Assembly: GCA_973895155.1 (NCBI GenBank)
Contig: OZ316898.1
Location: 2,914,480-2,978,479 of the forward strand
Length of the DNA: 64,000 nucleotides
Origin: Marsupella aquatica
Taxonomy: Eukaryota; Plantae; Marchantiophyta
Reading direction: 5' to 3'
Part shown: positions 25,301 to 38,800 of the stretch, one piece after another
Numbering within the stretch: the stretch's first letter is position 1
Layout of the letters: each line of letters starts with the position of its first letter
The notes under the pieces: generated by a model
The model's input: only the letters and a program-made list of their open reading frames with translations
The model's database searches: none
Told to the model about the DNA's origin: nothing
Position numbers and translations under genes: made by a program

Positions 25301-27731
25301 ACTTCTGGCTGTTTCAATAGTTTATGCCATCAAATATAAACAGAGTTTATCGTCGTCTGAAAGTAGCGACGTCTTCCACTGACAATTTGCCTACGTTCAG
25401 GCATATGACAAGACAGCAAGGTCGCTTGGGCTAGACATGAAAAGAGGAGGAGGTCCAGCACTTGAGGAGATTGCACGTGAGGGGAACCCTAAGTCCATCC
25501 CGCTTTCAGTAAGATGCTATCTAGTCGCCTTGTGTCACCAAATATATTCTAAACTGTGTGCAATTAGTCACTGCATTCAGTTTTAGGGGTTTGGGGAAGT
25601 TCAACATCTTCATAGATGTGTGCACGTTTCTAACCTTAGGCTCTTAGCCCTGTGTTTTAAAATACTTGTCCGTGTGTCGTAATACATTCTGATACTAAGA
25701 GCGTTTTGTACCATGTACGGGGGGCCTTGACAGTGCAGAGGCCGTGATGTTGAATTTCTCTTTTGTGGTTGGTCTTGCAGGTTCCATTGAGAGGAATCAA
25801 GTATAGGGATTGCAACTTCTCGTATGCAGGACTCAAAAATCAAGTACGGATGGCTATCGAAGCCAGAAATATGTGAGTTTCTGGCTCCTGCAGCAGATAT
25901 AAACTGGTTGATCCAAGCCGTCATCCAAACTGAATATTAGGACGGTAGAAAGTAGATTCCTTACCGCAAAGCTATGCCAGACTTCATCGTTCTTCAAGAT
26001 CGATGAAAACTCGAGAATTGAAGTGACCTTGACAAACAGTCAACCAAAGCATGTGAGTAACGGGAAAGTTGTGTACTTCTTTGGGTACGATTGCACAGCG
26101 ATGGGGATCAGGTGCCACTGTCGGCTGCAAGTTCTGAGGATAGACAGCTCCGAGCAGACATTGCGGCTTCGTTTCAAGTAAGGAATAAAATGTCGTCACT
26201 GAAGCCATTGCATGTTTTCAGAAAGTGTTCCAACGAAGTTACTCTTATATTACGTCTCTTTCAAAAGCATCAAAGAGGTTGTTGGGATTATGTTCTGGGA
26301 TATCGTGGAGTTGAAACGATGAATTTTCTCGGCTTTTATCCTCTATCCCTTTCTTCCCTATGTTTCCAATTCCTGTGGAAATTCAGTGTTTCCATAGAAC
26401 TCTATGGAGCGAAATTAAACCAGAAAGTATAAATTGTAGTCGTCATAAAGCATACGAATCTCATCCCTATTTGTAAAGCCATTTGGGCATCTATGCGTGA
26501 AAATGTTAGCTAGTGTTCTTCAGAGAATTCGAGCATATCAAGTATACACTGATTAAGTCAATGGCAGAGGATTTGTTTGTTTTTCCCCTCCAAATTGCAG
26601 CGGATTGAATCTCTACTTGCTGTGAAAGACAGATGATCATATCCTTGAGGATGATATATACAAATCTGAATGGATTTTGCGAGTGATGCAGAGGGTAGCT
26701 GTCCAACATTTGGAGGACAAGTGTCGTAGAGCAATTGAATGGGCTCGCAAGATAGAACCTTCAGTCACTACCCTGGTAATAATCCCATTCCATCCTTGCT
26801 GCACGAGTACTGCTCGTTTCCATTTTAGCAACATCAGTTGAGGGTATTCTTCTGATAATGTATTCTCTATTTTAATCCAGGTTGTTTCAGGAGGTGTTGC
26901 CTCCAACCAGGAAGTACGGGGAAAGTTGAGTGACCTTGCTGAAGATATGGGCCTTCAACTTGTCTGCCCGCCACCACGGTTGTGCACGGACAATGGTTTG
27001 GTTCTACCTCATTCTTCTACTGATAGAATGTAGCGTGGTGCCCTTTTGGATGAAAATAGTGGGCAAGCATGTAATTCTCAAGAGTGATGTGGCTGGTCCG
27101 AGTGTCCAAAGATAGTTTCTTCGCTATTGCAGAGCTTGCAGTGGCTGTCAGTGACGTCTTCTGAAAGGATGAATGTGTTGCAAAGAATGTCTGAGAACTG
27201 AGTAACTGTGGAAATGTTGGCTCGTCATGGAAGCAGGTGTCATGGTAGCATGGGCTGGCATAGAACACTTGCAATTGGGAATATACGAGGAACCACCATC
27301 AGTTGACGAACCCGATGATGTTCATGTATGCAAAATTATTGCCCTACGCTGTGCTGAATTTCCTCTTATCTTTACTATGGCTCTTATGTGAATCAGCAAT
27401 CTATGTCAATCATAACCGAACTGCCCATAGCTATCTTGTAATTACAATGGCAACCACTTTGTGTGATTTTTGGTTGTATGGGAAGGTTTGGTCTAGGGCA
27501 CAACTCGCATACATTGACCTTTGTGTGGTGGTTGTAGCCCTGTCGTCAATTCTGTTGTGAAACTGAAATTTAATGACCTTCTTTTCCAATGAACAGCTTG
27601 ATCTGCGCCCTCGCTGGCAACTTGGAGAGGTTCTTGCAGAAGGATTAAGTGAATCACGTTCTTTGAAGAAAACAGGTAATCATCCCTCCTTGACAGCCCA
27701 AGTTAGGACAATTCTTGGTAGAAGGAGATAA
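22319..27731 (+). CDS. GCP1: Organellar tRNA N6-adenosine threonylcarbamoyltransferase (GCP1/OSGEPL1/Qri7/TsaD family), ~14 coding exons
   Basis: An S/A/R-rich presequence is followed by [15 protein letters not shown] / ...[13 protein letters not shown] / [14 protein letters not shown] / VGVHHMEAH (HxxxH metal site) / LLISG/GHN / [17 protein letters not shown] / GGPALE / NFSYAGLK / DIAASFQ / VVSGGVASN / [12 protein letters not shown] / LRPRW...GRRR*. Confidence 0.95.
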
Positions 27732-30700
27732 ATGAAGTCTCTTCAGATCGCATGTTTTTCCACTAGTGCATTTCACGAGGTGGATGTACATTTAGTGTAT
27801 ATCGTGAGGTAGGTTTCATCAGAGACCCCGTAGATATAATTATTTTTCTCTGGCAAAGTCAGATGAGATGTAACAGCCCAATTCCAGAGACGAGGCTTAT
27901 TTGGAAGGATATTTTCAATATAGATAGCAGTGGAATCTGGCCACCTACGGGTTCGAGGAAGGAAGTTGTAGGATAGAGGTCGAGGATGTTCCAACGTGTC
28001 AGACACTTGATCATAGAAATGTGAGATAATTTTACCCTTAGCATCATGCACACTTGAAGTCTGTAGCACCTTTGTGTCTCAACACGCTAGTAAATTATGG
28101 AAAAGCGTCTTACCACCTTTCTCAGATGTTACTTCTCTGATATAGGGAAACAAGTACTATTCTCGCATATCGGGTAGAAAAGCACTAAGCAACGAGCATC
28201 CGACCATCAGCATGTTCACGATACTTAACAGCATGAGTAACAATGCCCGTGATTTCGCAAAAACACCAAGAGTAATAATCTCACTGAGATTTGCATCTGA
28301 AACCAGCGACAACCCCTCGCTAGAGTTTTATTCACGAGGTTGGAGTGTTGGAGTTGACGAGTGAAGAGGGAAGAGGGAAGAGTGAGAGATCCCCACGGCT
28401 CTAAACCCTAAATCAAATCTTGCAGAGAATTCTGGACGATGTTCAGACTATCTTGTCTAATCAGCTGATCCACTAAATGTTATTTCTATGCTCTCGCCCA
28501 TCGCTATTATCTTTGAATACTTCCTATAGGAAGTGTGCTCAAGATACTTATTAAAGCTCTAAGTCTCCCAGAAGTAAGGTTCGGATTGCATCTCCAGAAT
28601 GTAAGCTCAAGATACTTCACGACGAGAGGGCATTTCATAACACCATAACCTCGGTTTTAAGCTCCATGCGCACTTGACTATTGGAATGCCTGAGCATGAC
28701 TGAAAAGTAAATTAAAATTAGAATATCCAAAGCCCCAACGAGAGCTTGTCATCAATCAGGTATTTAACATTGACAATCCAGTGGGAGAGTGCGTTGCACA
28801 CGAGCTTAAACCTCCAAGCCCTGAACAGGTGCAACACCCATCGGTGAAAAAACATGTCTCCTGCTATGAGACATCAGATCTCACTACTATTTACCTTCGT
28901 CATGCTGCTTCTACAATGCTCTCTTTAGAATGTGAGGTTCCTCTGCCAGACAAATGTGAAGTAAAATTAACTTGTTAAAGTTACAAATCGTTACAGCAGC
29001 CTCCCAAACCTTGAATCCAGATACCTCAGTTGTAGGAATGATTGTTGAGCATTGCAATTTGGAACGTTCTAAACTTCCATTTCCTGTCCCAGAGCCATAG
29101 AAGAGGGCTTCTTAAACGATGGGAAATTCCACCTCAGGCCACGTCACAGAAGAAAGGAAATCCCCTAGGTCTCCTGAATCCATGTGTCTACAAACCATAA
29201 ATGTGGTAGACTTTGGCAAACAATTGTCAATTTACACCAAAAAAACTACCAAGAAAGTAGTCCGTGTACATACCCCTCTCCCAGATACTTAAGGGTGCTG
29301 GGAAGATAAGTCCAACACCCTAAAACTTATTTGCAGACCCAAAAAAGAACATAGCCCAAAGAACCAAACAAACAAGTAATGTTCATGTTAAAGAGAATGT
29401 GATAGCAGAGCAGAGTCTGAGCCAATAACTATCCAAAAGAAGTTAGGCAAACATCAAATGTCCCTCCTAAAAGCTTCACTAGGTATGTTGTTTTGTTACC
29501 TCTCGTTTCATTTCATTTCTACTTTTCCATCCGGTTAAGATTTTAGGCCCTTGGTGATGAGGCTTTTGGCGTGTTGTTCAGCCCATTGACTAAAATCGCT
29601 TTTCTTCAATATTTATACGTTTTAGAAAGCTTGCATGTTGGTCTATACCATAGTATTTCATCTCTTGGCTTGCTTGACGTTTGTTTCAAGAGTGTCACGT
29701 TGTTTGATTCGCTTTTGTTTTGTGGGAGACTTCTTTGGGAATTGGGACCATACCAGTCAAAAGGCTGGTCCATGATTGTGTGATCTGGGAGGGGCTTAGC
29801 TGACTAGGGTCTTGCTTTCAAGTCCAAATTTCGCAGCAATGTGATGTTGGCTCGAGGAATATCAGGCAATCATTTGTATATCACTATATCAGCAGTCATG
29901 TGGATTGGTGCCTTGCAGCTTTTGGAATCTTTTGGGCAATCATTCATTATCCGTCAATGATCTTTCACTCACTCCGTTCTCAATCCACTAGAATCTCCAA
30001 GTGTCTGAAAGGATATTTTGGGAAGTTTCGTCTGAAGGTCCAAAGTCCAAACCCAGTTGAAAAGCACACTCAGAAAATGTCACAATCGAACACAGAGGTT
30101 GGAATAGATGGCCCTCCAAACAATGCTCATTTTCTTCACTATGGAATTATGATGAGTACTGGTTCAACAATAACAGAACTTCTTCCTCGTCACAGAAAGT
30201 AGTGGGCATGTTCGAACTTGTTGTCATCATCACTTGCATGGATAGAATGACATGATTGTGGTGTCAAGTTCTCTCTCTTTGTGAACTTATGCTCAAGTAG
30301 CCTTTCAAGCTACAGGAGGAAAAAGCATACATCGAGAAATGAATTTCTTTAGTCCATCCTCTTTAGGGAATTGTGAATGAAGGCTCCAATAGGCCATCCC
30401 GCAAGCAATACAGCTCACAGGTTCTGATATTATCTGACCTTAACTATTCTAGTTGGCTGGTGAAATGGCTTATTTTTGTTTTTCTGTGCCCATCCTATGA
30501 TGCTTCCATAATGCCTTATGGATGTCTGCTTAGAACAAAAGGTAAAGAATACTGATTTGTAAGTCCATAAGGATTGTTTCAATGACTTATAAGTAATGCA
30601 TTAACTACTGGGAACTTTGGAACTTTGAGACACCCTACTATGCCTCGTGTCTGAAAACCTGGAGGCAGTCGAGTTTGTTTGTTAGTTTTCATTCAACAAG

Positions 30701-32080
30701 TACTCTCTTTACACTACGTCTTTGGTAGAAGACAAGGAGTCCAACTTGAGGCTTAGAAAGTTTCTGTTGAGAAGGATGTTCCTGGCTGCCTATTGGGATT
30801 GGAAACTGTCAAAGGAGTTTGTTTAGGATCAACCAAAACACATGGTCAACAATCGTCTTTATGGAACTCTTATGCCTACAGCATAATAATTCTATGGCCT
30901 CCATTGTGCCGTCTCCAGATCTAAAAGATGTTCAACAGAAAGATAAAAAGGAAGGGCAATTCATTGGACCATCCATAGTTCTTCTCTGTATAAAAAAACA
31001 TTTTCTTCTTAAGAAATGGAAACTCGTCATCCTTGAGCTTGGGGAGTGTCCCATCCAAGTCTTAAAGAGGACAAGCATTTCATTCCACTCTTTTGTTTCT
31101 TGGTCATATAAAGAGTATCTAAAGTTTCCTCTTCAACCAGATGAACAACTTGAACAACTCTGAAATTCAGTTCATTCAAGCTGTGAAGCACATGTTATCC
31201 TGTCCAGTCAAACTCTTTTTGGCCTTCAAGGGGATCCTTTATTGCCAGATAAAAATCAGGAAACTTTTCCAATCAAACTCATCAACCAAACATATTGCCT
31301 TGGTGTGTTGAGCTGGGCTGGGTTAGTAAGACTGTGATACAAGCATGAACTAAATTCTTAATATTATTAAGCATGCAGTACCCTCGATATAAGGTATGAC
31401 AGTCACCCCCCTTTTAGTGGAAAATTCTGCCAAATCCCACCTCGCTAAAAAGTCTTCCTCGCCACCTTTTTTCGTGACAAAATTTGCCAAATCACCCTGT
31501 CACTAGAAAGTCTTCCTCACCTTTGACAGACATTTTGTCATTGCTTAGCCAATTTTCCACGTACCAGAAAACCCGAATAGCCAAACTCTGATGATCATCC
31601 TTGAACCTAGGGCATCTAGCGGTGTAAATTTAATATAAACAATTAAATAGGTAATATTCTTAGTATCCTCTTCACACAAGGTGACCTTTGCCAACCTGGC
31701 TAAACTGAAAAACCTTTTAAAAACTAACCTGATTACAGTACTGTACTTGCTTTGTGAGGGAGTTGGGGGGAATTGGGACAAGATTGTGGATCGTTAATTG
31801 TAGATTCAATCAATGAAGTTTGGAGGATTCTTTTGTCCTATCTATACCATTGCCCTTGCGAAGTAATGAAGTTAGGTGAACACAACTACAGTGGATTTGT
31901 ACCCTGGCAAGAATGTTGTCAATTTAGCACTTTCCAGAGATGTATCCAGCAAGACCCCTTCGCCATGATTGGACTACGTTTAACTTTATACGGGTGTTTC
32001 TGTTTCCAAGGTATCTGTTCTGTTGGCTTATGCCGCAAGGAACGAGACTGTTCTGTCATCTATAACTGAAGTGTTTTCCG

Positions 32081-32459
32081 CCCCCCCTTCGAAACGGAAA
32101 GTAGACCCCTCTACTTTAGAGGGTGCACCTGTAGTATGGTCTATACCCATGGACCATACTGGCATACTAGGAGGGACAGGGTGAAACTAGGGTCCCAAAG
32201 CAGACCCGCCAGGGGCCAAAAAGAAATTAGTACTTTCATCCTTGCACCTCACACCCATACCCTTCCTATCCCTTGTCATGTGAAGGGGGGATTAAACAAA
32301 CTAAGGTCCCCAAGCAGACCAGCCAGGGGCAAAAAACAATTAGTACAGTTTCCATCACTACACCTCACACACATACCCTCCCTACTCTTGTCATGTGAAG
32401 GGGGGATTAAACTCCGGACTTGGTTTTTTGCTAGTCCCTTAAGCCAACTGCCCTAAGCC
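32081..32459 (-). mobile_element. tRNA-derived SINE-like element, copy 2, with an internal ~115-bp tandem duplication (32184-32412)
   Basis: The reverse complement begins GGCTTAGGGCAGTTGGCT...GTTTAATCCCCCCTTCACA, matching copy 1 (GGCTTAGGTCAGCTGGCT...GTTCAATCCCCCCTCCACA). It shares GGTATGTGTGTG, CCCCTGG and the 3' TTTCCGTT(T)C(G)AAG. Confidence 0.7.
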
Positions 32460-32475
32460 AGGTGTTTCCAAAGCC

Positions 32476-32855
32476 TCATGATTGGGCTCATGTGAGATTT
32501 TTGGGCCCCTATGATTTATTCTTCCATGATCGGCAACGAGTCCAAAATACAAGTATAAAGCTTGAGTCGACCATAATTTTAGACCCATGGCTCCGTTGAC
32601 CAAGAAATATGCGACTCCATGATTTGGCCAATGCGGGGCTTCTTGGGCACCTATGGTGATCCATCTGAAAATAGTTCTTATTTCCGTGATCGACAACTGA
32701 CCCAATTACAAGTATAAAACTCAAGTCGGCCATAATTTTTGACCCCTGGGTCCGTTGACTGAGAAATACATAACCTCATGATTGGGCTCATGTGGGGCTT
32801 CTTGGGCCCCTATGGCGGTCCGTCGGAAAATAGTTTTTTCTATGATTGACAATGG
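32476..32855. repeat. Satellite-like degenerate repeat, ~140-160-bp unit, ~2.5 copies
   Basis: CATGATT(G/T)GGC.C/AATG...TTGGGC.CCTATG...TACAAGTATAAA...GTCG.CCATAATTTT.GACCC.TGG.TCCGTTGAC recurs. Confidence 0.8.
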
Positions 32856-35800
32856 GCCGTTAGAGCTATCTATGGGCGCACTTTTATCAATTCTTGTCCT
32901 CGCTATTAGTAGTCTCCTCTTTTTCAGTCGCATCCCTACTAGCCATGTTGGTAGCAAATCTTAGAGGGGCTCAACGCTTGAGCTAGGCAATGTCGGAGTG
33001 ATTATGAGTAAGTGGAAGTCGTATTCGCGACTGCAATGCAACCTGGCAAGTGTAAATTTCTTTGAGGGATGCAAGTAAGCCACATAGTTATAAAATTGCC
33101 CCTGGGATTGTTTGCTGGCGATTTGGCTAATATATCGACTTGATTTAGATGCAGAAAATACACATGATGTTGGTAAATAACACTAAATCACAAGTAGCTT
33201 GATTCGTTATTTTGTTTTTCTTGTTTATCATAGAAATTTCAGAGAGCTTGATCTTGAGCAGTGCAATCCATTGTTCCTTACTTACAATGTAACTACATGC
33301 ATTCGTTTGTGTAACCTCCCATATTTTGAATATTGGTCATTTTTCCACTCTTGATCCAAAACTCTCATTCTATCTTTTGATCTTGGTCATCACAAGTGAT
33401 TGAATGTAACACTGCAACCCAGTGAGACTACGTCTTGAGAGAAGAAAAAACCAGATCAACATGAAGCAAGTCAAGATGTCTACCTACCTTCGAATTTTTA
33501 AGTTTTGGTTTTACGAGGCAGAGAGAAATTCTGCCCGAGCATTCTCCCACCCTACCCCTGGCTAAAGGCTTGGGGGACAGGGGAACCTTGCCAAAAAAAC
33601 AGCATAACCTTGCCAAAAAAAACAGACGAACCTTGCCAAAAAAAAAAACAGCATACAACCAAGAAGGCCATCTGAATATTGGTGGAATACAAAGCCAGGA
33701 AGAATGTGTGCAGATTCTAATACCATTCAAAATGGAACAGTTGAATGACTTATTAGTGGGTCGTTGAAAAAAGTGACATCCTCATGCGGAATTATTCCTC
33801 GTTTCAAGCAATGCAATGCACGTAATGCAAGCACATGGAATGGATTGAAGTGTGAACAGGATTCAACTCCCAGCTCCAAAAGGTAGTTGCACGACCTTGC
33901 AACAAAGCCCCAACAATAATAACAACTTCTATTTTTATGGAAAACAGCAAAAGCAACAAGTACTCCAAACGGACACAATAAATCTATCTCACTGCCTCAG
34001 AACGAAAAGAGCCAAAACGGGAGACAAGAACTATTCATAGTCAGACAACTTTATATTGCCATAGAAAAACTGTGAGGCAAGTTTGTGGAGAGTTTGGATC
34101 CAGATCTAGGAGAAAAGTGGCTCCTGTTCAAATCCCAGCCAGGTGGCATGTATTGCCTCCTTTTGGGTGTCTTGTCCCAAAGTCACCATGCTAAGCTTGA
34201 AAGGCGGGTATGATGCTAAAATTTTGCCAACAGCTACAATAATTCTACAACAGCAAAACGTGTGGACAGCAAAGAGGGCAAAGAGACCTGTAGATTGAGC
34301 GAGTTAAGTCACATCCTAACAGAAATGTAGTTAGTTAGGTGGAGGAGGGGGGATCTAACATACTTGAACTTAAGGGCCAATAAGAATGCAAGACTTAGAT
34401 TGTATATCTCGTTGAGGTTCCTTTTTGTGAGAAGTTTCGTTTTGTCCCAAGACCAGTATTAAATTATTAATGCAATCCATAGTTCTCGTGTCCATCATGC
34501 TTATACAGGAACAAAGCATGGGGGCTTGTTTGAGCATCTTTCAAGTGAACTATGATGCAAAATCTTAACGAGAAGCCACGGAAAAATGGTGATACTTTAT
34601 ATGTGATGATGATCACTATGTATATAACAACAAAAAGTCTCAAAGTAGGAGACAGGAAGCAAATATGAAACCACTAGAAAAACGTGCTACCTCATGATGA
34701 TGATCACTATACATATACACTGCAAAAGAACAAAAAGCATCAAACCAAGAGGAGTATCCCAAAGCCAAGAGACCAAATATTACGGAGATAATATGAAGGT
34801 GACAAAATATGAAGACCACAGAGCCAAATATGCCAGAGAGAACTAAAAATCCTACTAAGCTGGAAACTGACAATCCTGGTATAGCTCCGGAGTAAAAATC
34901 ATAAGAGGGTCTAGAGACAATAAAACCAATTGCCTCGGTCCTACGAAAATTAGTGAATGCATGAACCCTTGATCACATGACCTAGCCTTAAATTGGGAGG
35001 AGATTTCCACCCAAACCTCTGAATTGGATGGGATCTCAAAATGCTCTTTGTATGAAAGCCAAGCAACTTTACTTTAAATTCACGTTATCCTAGGTGCCCT
35101 CCTAGGTAGAATACATATTTTCATAGATGTTATCTGAACTTAGGATCCTCATAGATCTTATCTGAACTTAGCTCTAGATCACGTAGTTGAGTGAATCTTT
35201 GAAATCTATGGGAATATTGCCAATTTTGCTGTCGAAAGTATCTTTTAGTGGGGGTTTCCGTCCTGCAAGCCAATTGACTCTGTGCCCTGCTCATGGGTTA
35301 GTCTCTTAGACCAAGAAGAACACCACTTTGCTACTTGAAGAATTGCCAACCAAGTAAAGAAACAAGAAAAGGGAAAAGCCAAGAAAGGACTCTACATGAT
35401 GTAAACCACAAACAGTGTTGACAAGGATAAATAACTAGAATCAACCAACTATTGTAGATATCTAACTTCTGAATGTTAGATATACCAAAATTTATTAGCC
35501 AAACTTGTGATTTTTTGCCCAGTTGAGTCCAGTAACAACGTATCTGCCTAAAACGATGAGATAATCACATGCCAAGCAAAAAGGACTGGAATTTGGGGAC
35601 AATGAAGACCAGAGGGGGCATAGAGCTAAGTAGAATGACTCAAAGCAACCCACTCATAAAATTGCTTTTATTTCCTAAGGCTTCACAGCAAAATGTCTGT
35701 GCATTAGCAGGACAAAATACCAAGATGGTTCATACATATTGGATCTTGGTTTGCAATAAGCAATAAACATATTGGCAAATTGAGAATAAGCTCAGTGATT

Positions 35801-38800
35801 TAGATGTGCAGAATGTTTTGAAATATTACCCCAGATGAAGTCACTTTGGAGGCGACAAAGTGGGGTGATAAATTAGCTAGTTATATGAGTTGGGGGCTAT
35901 CATGCCAAAACTTGACTCCAGAGATCCCCAGCCTAGACTCCACAGGGCAAGATTTCAAGATTGTAAAAAGGGCAAGAGAGCAACATGTCCCTTTTCGGCC
36001 ACTTGGGGGTTGCTGCCACACTGTTCACTGTTATAAAAGATTTACAATTCAAGGGAAAAATGAAAATACTCTGACACCTATGTCTTACAAAGTGAATACC
36101 TTAGCGCCATCCCGGTTTGCATTGAAAAAAGGCAAATTATTGAAATTCTGGGCCCCATTGACAAAATATTTTGGGGGTACTTGTCAAACCTCCTCTTAAT
36201 TTTGTCAATTCTAGGCATCTTGATAAAAACACCGACTATCCAGTGTTTACATTAATTTGAAATCAAAAAATTGAGAATGAAAATAATATCTGGGTTTGGC
36301 GTTATTCACGAGAAAAAAACAATCAATGCGAACGGGCCTGGCACTAAGTTAGTGGTACTGACAGGTTTTCTAATTTCTCTTCAATGACCAGCTTTTTCCT
36401 TTCGTTGTTTTTTTTTCATTTCGCAAAACGGATTGAAAGAAATACGCTGACAACTATTTTTCACAAACTGCAATTAGTAGTAATGGCATATTTTCTAATT
36501 TCTCTCGAAGACAAGCTTTTCCCACTCTTTTAGTCTTTTCTAACTACCAAAACGGCTTGCAGAGATGGCCCATCCAAGTTGGTCAGGTACTAGGCTCCTT
36601 TGCTCTCTACCTTTCAGTGGCACCTTTAAAGGTACTATTCAATTCAAGCGAGAGTCAGACTCTAAAGGAAAAATATATATAAACAGGGATTGTAAGAAAA
36701 AGAACAACAAATTCAAAAATCTCAAGGGGAAGGGAAGGGAATGAATGCAGGAGGCCCATGTGTTCTCTATCTTTGAGTGGGCACCCAACCGTGTTTCTTA
36801 GCGGCAAAAAATAGTCAAATCTATCTCACTGAAAAATCTTTGCCACTTTTGTCAGTATTTTTGGTCCTGGGTTAGCCAATTCCACACCTACAGTAGTTAC
36901 ACACTCTATTAGACTATTTCTCTAAAATTATCTGTCAGAAATTAATACAAAAAAATTAGATTAAATATATGCTACGCATCTTCTGTTCCACACAAGGTGG
37001 ACATTGGCCACCTTGGCAAAATGAGAAACCCAAGCAAGAGTTTAACTCAAGTTTTAACAAATGTAAAATATATAAAGGGGGTAGTTAAAAACAGAAAAAT
37101 ATATATAAAAATAAAAATGGAAAGGAAGGCCAAGAAGAAAGGAAAGGACAGCATTTCACACTGTCGTACCGTTTGCTCCATTCCTTCCTTTGCATTGAAT
37201 TCAGACAAGACTGGGAGAAGCTGTCTCGCCAGCGAATTCCCACTGGAGAAGAGGAATTACGGCTCTGCTACATCATAATAATCCCCCACTCATTCCAATG
37301 ATTGACGGATATGGCCTCCCTTGGCAGGCATGTAAAGGCAACCTCAGGAATGACTTCGAGGTCTTGGCGTGGATGGGTAAAAAATACCCTACTGGTAATT
37401 AGCGTAAATAATTAAAACATTTGGCACCCTGTACAAAAATGTGACATTACAAAAGTGGTGAGCTGGAAAAATATGCTAGTAGTTTTGAGGAATGGGGATG
37501 ATATGCAATTCTAGACTCTCGCTTATGCATGTTTTACAAAAAGTTTCAAAATGTAGCCTACCTGCAAATTTGCCTAGCAGGCATGACTAGTGAATCTTTC
37601 TTGACAAAAAGTGGCATGACATGACAATAGCATCATGGAACAAAAGATTTGCATGCACTTTTTTTGGCAACCAAACACATACAAAGGCATGAGTTTTACT
37701 GGTAGGTCTATTAGCTTGAAAAGCTTCATATGAGGCAAAATGCCCAAGAAAATGGTGTTATGGGTTGAAATTGGCTGCAAAGACATGTCTTGGTCTGAGC
37801 CAATGCGGGAAAAAATGGTCAGACAGAGTTTTCTTTTGGGGGGGAACTTTAATTGTCACCCGCAAAAGTCTGGGAGCAAGTAAAACTAACTTTGTGCAAT
37901 TGAGAATCACAAACCAAGTTACCATTTCTGGCAGTCCCCCACCAAGGTTTTCTTTAGTGGTGATTCTCCTCCAGGCACTCATGCTCTCAGTTTGAATGCT
38001 CCTTTCCCCACTGCCATGCCGACTGGAAACTTGACTTCAATGTCTTCATTTTTTAGATGGAAATGAAGGTTCAATGTTGTGCTTTTTGTGCTTGATCTTA
38101 ATGAGTATCTGGGAGGGTGCACAGTGTGTTGAGAGGTGGCGGCTGGGCTACAACTCCACAAATTCCTGACCTAGCAAAAGTAGGAGACCAATATGGCACA
38201 TTGGGAGATGCATGAGCAGGAATATCAATTTGAGAAGTGTGAGCTTCTCTGTGTGAGAAGTGACAACAATTTTTTGAGATGAGTTTCCTCAGCAACCAGT
38301 ATTTCCCAGAGTTGAGTGGCTACAAATACCTCAGGGCGTTTGATTTTCCAATATGTCATCAATGCTCACTTTCCGCCAAAACTTGCATCCATCAAAGTAT
38401 TCTGCTCCTTGAGCATTCGGTTTGATTGAGTTGTGAATTCTGATTGTAGCAACATCTGGTTCCTGTATTGAGTCTTGCATTTTGTTGACAATCTAATGCG
38501 TGGTTTTGCAACATAGCATTGCTGAGTCTTGCTAGCCGAGTTTGCATGCTGCAGCAACATCTTGTTGCACATTTAGTATCATGGCAATGACTTAAGCAAG
38601 ATTGGCAACAGCCACAACTCATGATGAAGTACTTTTTGAGTACTTGTTTGAAGCCTTGCAATCATTGTGGCTCACCTATCTTTCATGGCTCTAGCTTGGT
38701 CCGAGGACTGGGGTTCCTCTCCTTGATGCTGCCTTGTTTGGCTAGTCATTTCCTTTGGCAAATCAGGTTGTCATCTCTATGCCCAGCTGGTTTTGCTGCA

